DNA of 63,012 nucleotides, counting the filler, from Octopus bimaculoides (taxonomy: Eukaryota): the NCBI RefSeq assembly GCF_001194135.2. It is 6 parts of 6 records of this genome, joined end to end, with 100 filler letters (N's around TTAATTAATTAA, not from the genome) between each part and the next. Parts side by side here need not be neighbours in the genome. Positions count along the whole stretch, not along the records: positions 49,447 to 56,562 come from NC_069006.1; positions 56,663 to 59,516 come from NC_068995.1; positions 59,617 to 63,012 come from NC_068994.1; 3 more parts are not named here. One strand, written 5' to 3'. Position numbers and translations under genes: made by a program. Below the pieces are notes generated by a model that searched no databases, was not told where the DNA came from, and saw only the letters and a list, made by a program, of their open reading frames with translations. Below are positions 54,245-63,012 of the stretch, piece after piece (position 1 is the first letter of the stretch; each line of letters opens with the position of its first letter).

Positions 54245-54746
54245 ATTGACTGTAAAAGGATAAAAGGCAAAGTCGACCTCGGCAGAATTTCAATGGTCAA
54301 AATGTGGCCAATTATTTTACTTGGAATACTAACGGTTCTGCCAGTTGGCTGCCTTATTTTCATGTTTAATATTTTTTTCTACTCTAGGCACAAGGCCTGA
54401 AATTTTTGGGGAGCAGGCCAGTTGATTAGATCGACCCCAGTATGCAACTGGTACTCAATTTATCAACCACGAAAGGATGAAAGGCAAAGTTGACCTCGGC
54501 GGAATTTGAATTCAGAGCATAAAGACAGACGAAATACTACTAGGTATTTTGCCCGGCGTGCTAATGTTTCTGCCAGTTTGCTGCCTTGGCAATATAAATA
54601 CTCTTTTCTACTCTAGGCACAAGGCCTGAAATTTTTGGGGAAGGGACCAATCGATTAGCTCACCCCTAGTATGCAACTGGTACTTAATTTATGGAACATG
54701 AAAGGATGAAAGGCAAAGTCAACCTTGGTGGAATTTGAACTCAGAA
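54245..54746 (-). mobile_element. Three tandem SINE family 2 units
   Basis: Repeated aggcaaagt.gacct.gg.ggaattt core and ctctaggcacaaggcctgaaattttt tail. Confidence 0.8.
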
Positions 54747-55884
54747 NNNNNNNNNNNNNNNNNNNNNNNNNNNNNNNNNNNNNNNNNNNNNNNNNNNNNN
54801 NNNNNNNNNNNNNNNNNNNNNNNNNNNNNNNNNNNNNNNNNNNNNNNNNNNNNNNNNNNNNNNNNNNNNNNNNNNNNNNNNNNNNNNNNNNNNNNNNNNN
54901 NNNNNNNNNNNNNNNNNNNNNNNNNNNNNNNNNNNNNNNNNNNNNNNNNNNNNNNNNNNNNNNNNNNNNNNNNNNNNNNNNNNNNNNNNNNNNNNNNNNN
55001 NNNNNNNNNNNNNNGGGGGGGGGTCGATGCAATCAATTTGCCCCTCCTCTCAAATTGCTGGCCTCATGTCAAAATTGGAATCTGAAATTAAACATGAAAA
55101 CTTTTGTAATTACTTTTCTGTAGCTTTCTGTTCCTACATTTTTTATTTTTGTGACTTTGCTTCCTAATATCTGGAGCCAGCTTTATTTGGTCTCATAATT
55201 AAAAGAAAAAAAAATAATAAATAACAGAAAAATATTTAAATTTATAATTGCATCATTCTGTTTACACAAGAAATTAATGAGACACAGGAAATATTCTGAT
55301 AGATATGTCATCATCATTTCCATCACCATCACCATCACCATCACCACCACCATCATCACCACCATTGCCACTGCTGCTTTCATAAACCATCACTGTTACA
55401 CTCACATTACCACCATCAACCCCTCCCCCCATCACTATCATCATCATCACCATGCTACCATTAGGTATTGGTGACACAATGTATCTACTGAAATTTCATC
55501 ACAATGATTTAATTACAAAAACTTGCTTCCATTTTAATTAGTAACTGCTGACTTTTATTCGGAAATCCTCATCAGTAAACTAGTTCTTAAAATACTCTTC
55601 ATTCTACAACACTCTTCTACATTGGTGGATTTTAGACAACTGTTCTCCAAAGTCCTCCACAATCTTTGCAGAAGCTTAAATAACAAAGCTATTCCATGCT
55701 CTGTGTGTGTGTGTCTGTAGGCATAGGTGTGGCTGTAAGGTAAGAAGTTTGCTTCTCAACCATATGATTCTGGGTTCAGTCCCACTGCATAGCACCTTGG
55801 GCTGACAAAAACCTTGTGAGTAGATTTGGTAGATGGAAACTGAAAGAAGCTCATTGTGTGTATGTGTGTGTGTGCATGAATATA

Positions 55885-56562
55885 CAGGGTGCAATGGGTA
55901 AATTGTTGCCATTTTATATTTTTAATTTTGTCAACTACACAGTATAGCAGGGTCAGTTGGGCACCATCTGTGAGAAAAACAGCACCAAGAAGTGATTCAC
56001 TCTGCCAATAATTTGGAAATGACATGCTGCACTGCTTGGCATTCATGCCGGAAGCTCTAATACAAACATTTCACAGTGTCATTCTGAGGACATGTACCAA
56101 GAGTGATAAAAATCAAACATCCAATCAACATCATGGTGCTTGGAGTGATCACTAGTGATGGTGACGTTATGCCTCCATTCATCTTCCCACATGGCCTCAG
56201 GCTCAACATGGACGCCTACATCAAGTGCCAGGAGGAGGTGGTGGCTGCCCTGGGCCAAGAGGGTGGCTGCTGGAAGACCCTATGTCTGGCAACAGAACTC
56301 TAAACCATGCCACACAAGCAGGAGAACCCAGTCATGGCTGTCAGACAATTTCTACAACCACATCATCCCTAACATCTGGCCACCTAACTCCCCAGACTGC
56401 AACCCCCTTGATTATTATGTGTGGGGTGCAGTTGACCAACAAAACTCCTTGTAACACCAAAGATGAACTGAAGGTAAGGATTATGGCAGCATTCACCAAC
56501 TTAAACAAGAAGACTACCCAGAAGAGTCACAGGAGATTCCAAAGTTGTTGGGAGGCTGTGGT
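55885..56562 (+). mobile_element. Internally deleted Tc1/mariner element, DD37D (maT-type) transposase relic
   Basis: TA|CAGGGTG terminus; IMVLGVITSDG...YVWQQNSKPCH...WPPNSPDCNPLDYYVWG; I count 37 residues between the second (D to N mutated) and third catalytic positions. Confidence 0.85.
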
Positions 56563-56955
56563 NNNNNNNNNNNNNNNNNNNNNNNNNNNNNNNNNNNNNN
56601 NNNNNNTTAATTAATTAANNNNNNNNNNNNNNNNNNNNNNNNNNNNNNNNNNNNNNNNNNNNTATATATATATATATATAAGTGCGCGTTTGTGTGTGTG
56701 CGCGCGTCGGCATAACTGTATGGTAAGAAGGTTGCTTCCCAGCCTTATGGTTCAGGGTTCAATCCCACTGAGTGGCAACTTGTGTAAGTGTTTTTTGCTA
56801 TAGCTTCGAAGACATCGACGGGAGAAGTCCCAGGCTTAGAAAAATAAATGCTGTGGTCGATTCATTCGGTGGTTTCACAGCATGGCCGCAGTCTAATGAC
56901 TGAAACCAGTAACAGTTAAAAGATATATACACACATATGTATATGTGAGTGTGTA

Positions 56956-56999
<44 letters not shown>

Positions 57000-57554
57000 G
57001 GATAAAGAGAGAGATTGAAAAATACACACAACATTATGATTATATAATTTACAGTCGGGGAACGTGTTCCTTTATGCATTTATGCAAACATACCTCTCAC
57101 TATTCAAATATATATGAGATACCACCGATGTCCTACTGTGTCGTTTGTTTATGCGATCGTGTGTACCCGTGAGGGTGTCTGAGTATGTGTAAATGAATGA
57201 ACTGAGTTTCTAAAATCCATTTGTTTTCTAAACATAACACTATGCTTATATTTATTACCGTAACCTTATTCTTTAACCTCACTCCACAAGCCCACGTCAC
57301 CCCACAGTTCATCACACCTCGGTATATCACGCCGTACTTCACTTTACTTGTCCACCACGCACCTGCACCTCACTACGTCACGCTACACTACGTCGCTTGG
57401 TTTTATGTTGACAAGTTGACCGATAGCTAAACAACAAAATAACAACAACAATAACAACGCCAGCAGGATGCTAACAAAAGGGCCTCTGTACCAACACACG
57501 AGCTGCTAGTAATAGCAGCCAAATTGTTAGGAAGCATTTATCTTCTATCTTAGT

Positions 57555-57921
57555 TTTTATTGTTTCGGTCATTTGACTGCGACCAAGCTGGAGGAAAGCC
57601 TTGAAGGGTTTTACTCGAGCAAATTGACTGAGTCTATCGGTCTCTTTTGCCGAACCGCTAAGTTACGAGGACGTAAACACAATAACACCGGTTGTCAAGC
57701 GGTAGTAGGGGACAAACGCAGACACAAAGACACACACACGCATATAGATGTACACATATATATATACGACGGGATTCTTTCAGTTTCCGTCTACCAAATC
57801 CACTCACAAGGGTTTCGGTGGCCCGAGGCTATAGTAGAACACACTTGCCCAAGGTACCATGCAGTGAGACTGACCTCAGAACCATGCGGTTGGTAAGCAA
57901 GCTTCTTACCACACAGCCATA
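57555..57921 (-). mobile_element. SINE family 1, full length
   Basis: Head-to-tail reverse match. Confidence 0.85.
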
Positions 57922-58083
57922 TCTGTTTGATATTTGATATTTGAAAATAAAAAAAATATTACAGGATTGCCAAGGATGGAACGCCTTTAGTAATAGGCCT
58001 CCTTTAACAGGAATGATCTTGGGTTAAACACCATCATTGGCAACGCGCTAGCGACGAAGACCTGTTAGAAATAGCAACCAAAT

Positions 58084-58300
58084 AAGGCGGTGAGCTGGCA
58101 GAATCGATAGAGCGCCGGGCGAAATGCTTAGCGGTATTTCGTCTGCCACTGCGTTCTGAGTTCAAATTCCGCCGAGGTCGACTTTGCCTTTCATTCTTTC
58201 GGGGTCGATTAAATAAGTACAAGTTACGCACTGGGTCGATATAATCGACTTAATCCATTTTGTCTGTCCTTGTTTGTCTCTTCTATGTTTAGCCCCTTGA
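58084..58300 (+). mobile_element. SINE family 2, full length
   Basis: aaggcggtgagctggcagaatcg...gtttagcccctt. Confidence 0.85.
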
Positions 58301-58516
58301 GGGGAATAAAAATATAAGAATCAGCAACCAATTCTCTGTCAATTTAAAGCCAAATATCCTGAAGATTGGAAAGTCATGTTGGACAACGTAATCGTTGATA
58401 CACAAAAGGTATGATGAGATGGTCATGGATGCAAAGCATATATGATCAAAGATCCACTTTACCAAAACCGGACTTGGATCTAAGCGGGAACTACTGTAAC
58501 AGGCAGTATTAACAAT

Positions 58517-58898
58517 TGTTGGCACTCCGTCGCTTACGACGTCGAAGGCTCCAGTCGATCCGATCAACGGAACAGCCTGCTCGTGAAATTAACGTGCAAG
58601 TGGCTGAGCACTCCACAGACACGTGTGCCCTTAACGTAGTTCTCGGAGATATCCAGCGTGACACAGAGTGTGACAAGGCTGACCCTTTGAATTACAGGCA
58701 CAACAGAAACAGGAAGTAAGAGTGAGAGAAAGTTGTGGTGGAAGAGTACAGCAGGGTTCGCTACCACCCCTGCCGGAGCTTCGTGGAGCTTTAGGTGTTT
58801 TCGCTCAATGAATACTCACAACGCCCGCTTTGGGAATCGACACCGTGATCCTATGACCGCGAGTCCGCTGCCCTAACCACTGGGCCATTGCGCCTCCA
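58517..58898 (-). mobile_element. SINE family 3, full length with perfect 13-bp target-site duplication
   Basis: cagtattaacaat at 58504-58516 and 58899-58911; tRNA-like head tgtggaggcgcaatggcccagtggttagggcagcggactcgcggtcatagg; head fragment repeated at 59374-59423. Confidence 0.9.
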
Positions 58899-59012
58899 CA
58901 GTATTAACAATAATATTATATTTACCATAAATCTATATCTGCAACCCTGTCACATGAAGGACGCATTCACCACCGGCACCAACGTCTACAACAACTACTA
59001 CTACTGCTGCTG

Positions 59013-59051
<39 letters not shown>

Positions 59052-59484
59052 GTCACAGCACTGACACCATTGTCGTCACAGTGATACAACCCCTGTCGAT
59101 ACATCCATCTCTTTAAATTTACATAGGACGTGTGGAGCAGTTCCGATTGATTGAGCAAACCTAGTTGTATAGATCTAACCAAGCGGAACATAGATCAAGA
59201 TAGGGGTGGGGGGATATCCAAACAAACTACTTACTTCTGCTAAACATCGCCTCCATTTTACTCACCGACCTTCTTTATCTGTCTATCTAACAGATGCACT
59301 TCCTTAGTTGCCTGAGTCCGTAGTTTACCTATGAATTTCAACGGGTCTTTTTATTATTTCTTTTACCTACCAATGTGGAGGCGCAATGGCCCAGTGGTTA
59401 GGGCAGCGGACTCGCGGTCATAGGAACCGGCACTGAAATGTTTTTTTATAAAATTATTTTAGCATTTTCTACCTTGACTTTTTT

Positions 59485-59516
<32 letters not shown>

Positions 59517-59616
59517 NNNNNNNNNNNNNNNNNNNNNNNNNNNNNNNNNNNNNNNNNNNNTTAATTAATTAANNNNNNNNNNNNNNNNNNNNNNNNNNNN
59601 NNNNNNNNNNNNNNNN

Positions 59617-59803
59617 CGAAATGAGACGCAGTTTAGGGCAGCGATGTCAAATTCTCTTATACACCAGATGTGCCATCAAAACTCTTGATTGGACCATATC
59701 AGGTGGGGGAGAAGAGCCATGCAAGGAACGTGAAGAGAGCACAGCATAAAGACGGAAAATCACGGTGGTGCTCCAGCATGACCGCAGCCACTTGGCTGAA
59801 ACC
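59617..59803 (+). mobile_element. Second CR1/L2-like LINE 3' end
   Basis: RNETQFRAAMSNSLIHQMCHQNS* plus 3' UTR, closely matching 26895-27085. Confidence 0.8.
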
Positions 59804-59823
59804 CATGTGTTCCTTTGCAACCT

Positions 59824-59877
<54 letters not shown>

Positions 59878-61589
59878 CATACTATGTCTGAATTATAAGA
59901 CTGGATGGCCACAAGCGGAACGCCATTAACCACTTGACTGCATGATTAGGGTTGACCTCAGGTGAAACACCAACGACATTGAAATTCATCTTAAGAAATC
60001 ACTGTTGTGCTAGTTAAGTCTGGTACATCTTGCACTGACCAGCACACAGTTTGACAGGTTAGTCTTTCTCTCACCCTCTCTCCTCATTTCTATTTTCTTT
60101 ACTTCTCTCGTTCTTTCTGTTTACCTCTTTCTCTCTATCCCATTCATTATGTTTCTATTCTCGCTTGTCCTTATCCCCCTATCTATTTTCTCCTTACCTC
60201 ATTATTCCACTTCTAGCCACCCCAGTTTTTTTTTATCCTCTACATGTTTAACATTCAGCCTATCAAGTGTTTTCAATGCTATATCTATCTATCTATCTAT
60301 CTAATCTACATTATCTATCTATCTATCTAGTTGTTTATATATCTATGTTTAGCTATCCAGTCTTCAGCATATTTATATCTATATATCCAGCTTAACTATC
60401 AATATTTTCATTTATCTATCTACGTGTATGTCTAGTTTTTGTTGTTTTTTTTCTCTCCTCTCTCCCTCCATCGTCCGACATTTGTAAGCGCTGCTGTGAA
60501 AAATTTTCTTAATGTTTGTTTAACCTGAATTTATATTTCTTTTAACCGCAGCACTCTCTCTCTCTCTCTCTCCTTGTCTCTCTCTCTCCCTCTCTCTCTT
60601 TTCCTAAATCTCCATTCTCAATTATCTATCTCTTACTATTTCCCTGTGTTTCAAATTCTGCCGCCTACCTTCTTTCATATTCTGTATCTTTTGTTATTTT
60701 TTCCTCTATTTACGAGTATATGTCTCTCTCTCTCTCTCTCGGTCTAAACTTTTCTCTCTCATATGTCCCTTCCATCTTTCTGTCTATCCGGCTCCCCCTC
60801 TCTCTTCCGTTCCTTCTCTCTTTCTCCATCCATTCCTATTTCTCTCAACCAATGTTTTCCTGCCGTTCTTGGCAAGACTTTCCTTTCACTGTAAAGCATC
60901 GGACAGTCTTACCGAACAGATTGCTGGTGAGTACGGAACTTTCAACAGCTGCCACACTTTTAATACCTTCTTTCTTTTTCCTTCTCTCCTGCTTGTTCCT
61001 TTTATTTATTTTTTTATCTTTGTTCTTTTATTCTTTTGTTTTTCTTTTTTATTTTCTTCCTTCGTTTTCTTCTCATTCCACTGTCTTTTTTTCATTTCGT
61101 TTTCTGTTTATTTTTGCATTTTATTCCACTACACTTTTCTCTATTTCTCTTTTCGTTTTTTTTTTTTAATCTTTTAAATGTATGGCAATAATTATGGTGG
61201 TGGTGGTCGTCGTCGTGGTAGAAATAATTGTTGTCTATCCCCATATCAGCAGACCTGTGATCGATAGCATTCCAGTCACGACCATTCCATCTGTTTAGAA
61301 GTATCTAGGATTACATTATCCAGTAAGTCTTTCTTTTAAGATCGTAGAGTATTCTTTGAGACCGATTTAGCTGCTATTTCTAGTAAGTCGCTCAACCATA
61401 TGAGGGACACCCGCTTTGACTCATGGTAGAAATATTATCATTAATGTTGGTGGAAGCTCCAGATCAGTTCTGATTAAGTACATCTATGATCAAAAGCGGT
61501 CCAGTCGTCGTGAATATCAAGTTTTATATCCAAACATCATGTCTCCATAGTACGTTGTCCAAAAGGGTAGAAATTTAAGGAAAATTTGG

Positions 61590-62600
61590 TTACTATTTCT
61601 AGCAGTTCCTATAATCTCGTAGAAGATTTCTTGTTGACTCGTGGTAATTGAGTGTATTGGTAGAGACGTTATTAGTGGAGGTGGTTGTGGGTATTAGTAA
61701 TGTCACTAGTGGTGGTGGCAGTGGGATGATGGTTGTGGGGTATTGCTAGAAATACTGGTGGTGGTGGTGGTGGTTCTCCGAAGAAATGCTATTAGCGGTG
61801 GTAGTTGTGATGGTTAGAGATCTTGGTAGAAACGTTATTTGTGGAGGTGATGGTAGTGGGTACTGGTAGAAATGTTAGTGGTGGTGATGTTTGTGACTCT
61901 TGGTAGAAATGTTGTTGGTGGTGCTGATTGTGGTGATGGTAGGTATTTGTAGAAATATCATTAGTGGTGGTGGATGGTGGTGATGGCTGTGGGTTTTGGT
62001 AGAAATATCATTCATTAGTGGAGATGACGGTTGTGGGTATTGGTAGAAATATCATTAGTGGTGGTGGTGGTGGTGGTGGTGGTTGTNNNNNNNNNNNNNN
62101 NNNNNNNNNNNNTTTGGTAGAAATATCATTCATTAGTGGAGATGACGGTTGTGGGTATTGGTAGAAATATCATTAGTGGTGGTGGTGGTGGTGGTGGCTG
62201 TGGGTCTTGGTAGAAATGCCAGTGGAGGTGACGGTTGTGGGTATTGGTAGAAATACTAGTGATGTGGATCTTGGTAAACATTTTATTATAGGTGGTGGTT
62301 GTGTTGATGGCTGTGGGTTTTGGTAGAAATGTCATTAGTGCAGGTAATGGTGGTAGTGATGACAGTTGTGGGTATTGATAGAAATATCGGTGGTGGTGGT
62401 GACAGGCTTTGGTAGAAATGCTTTTAGTGATAATGGTGATTGGTAGAAATGCTTGTTAGTGGTGGTGGGAGTGTTAGAAGCGTTGTCTATGGGTGTTTCT
62501 AGAAATATTAGTGGTTTTGGAGGTGAGTTTCGGTAGATAGTAATTTATCTACTAAGATACATTATTAGTTGTGATGGTCTTGTAATAGTGGTGATGGGTC
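61590..62600. repeat. Degenerate minisatellite, about 35-45-bp unit (tggtagaaat anchor plus GT-rich linker)
   Basis: More than 15 recurrences of ggtagaaat with gtggtg/ttgtgggtat linkers. Confidence 0.85.
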
Positions 62601-62684
62601 TTGGTAGATATGGTTAAAGTATTCCAACCATGATCATCCCTCCCACCTTTAATGCAGACGATATATCTAAGACTGATTGCAGGG

Positions 62685-62850
62685 CAAAATGCTTAGCGGC
62701 ATTTCGTCCGTCTTTATGTTCTGAGTTCAAATTCCGCCTAGGTCGTCCTTGCCTTTCATCCTTTCGGGATCGATGAAGAAAGTACCAGGGTCGATGTAAT
62801 CGACTTACTCCCTACTCCGAACTTTCTGTGCCAAAATTTGAAACCATTAT
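62685..62850 (+). mobile_element. SINE family 2 copy, internally deleted
   Basis: aaatgcttagcggcatttcgtc...gagttcaaattccgcc...ctttcatcctttcggg. Confidence 0.75.
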
Positions 62851-63012
62851 CCAAAGTGTCATAATCTTTAAAAAAAAACAATGGTATGCTTTGAGGGCTG
62901 CTATTTCGAGCAGTTCAAGCAACCACATAAAAGAATCTCCTCTCATTAAAGATGCTTGCACTTAAAATTTCCAGGTGGTCACCCATCTTAAGTAGTGCTT
63001 AAATGGGTCCTG

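Noticed and set aside
55545-55580. Minus-strand CTGATGA-GG attt CC-GAAT motif
   Set aside because: A15.1 altered and no stem I or III; compatible with chance.
58830-58898. tRNA gene (also SINE heads at about 1400 and 20330)
   Set aside because: tRNA-like heads are fused to SINE bodies and no complete cloverleaf is evident.
61590-62600. CRISPR-like array
   Set aside because: Eukaryotic context, related linkers, irregular period, no cas genes.

Overview
AT-rich, microsatellite-dense, gappy animal genomic DNA, most likely an octopus draft scaffold (inferred from the tRNA-headed SINE families, (TA)n/(TG)n/(AAT)n load and Penelope/RTE/R4/CR1 relics; not database-checked). The only confidently identifiable host coding sequence is the last exon of spastin (5163-5285, +). 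A few weak candidate exons may belong to a convergent minus-strand gene. The rest is mobile DNA: three SINE families, piggyBac-type MITEs, a DD37D Tc1/mariner relic, another DNA-transposase relic, and Tx1/L1, CR1/L2, R4/Dong, HERO-like, RTE and Penelope fragments. Nearly all ORFs in the supplied track are microsatellite or N-gap artefacts. The most interesting signals are not ORFs: (i) several dispersed, unrelated minimal type-I hammerhead ribozyme motifs, one with an intact core (8805-8894); (ii) a 3' stem-loop shared, with a compensatory base-pair change, between the main SINE and a CR1/L2-like LINE; (iii) tail-swapped SINEs and a SINE dimer nested in a MITE; (iv) several long near-perfect inverted repeats.
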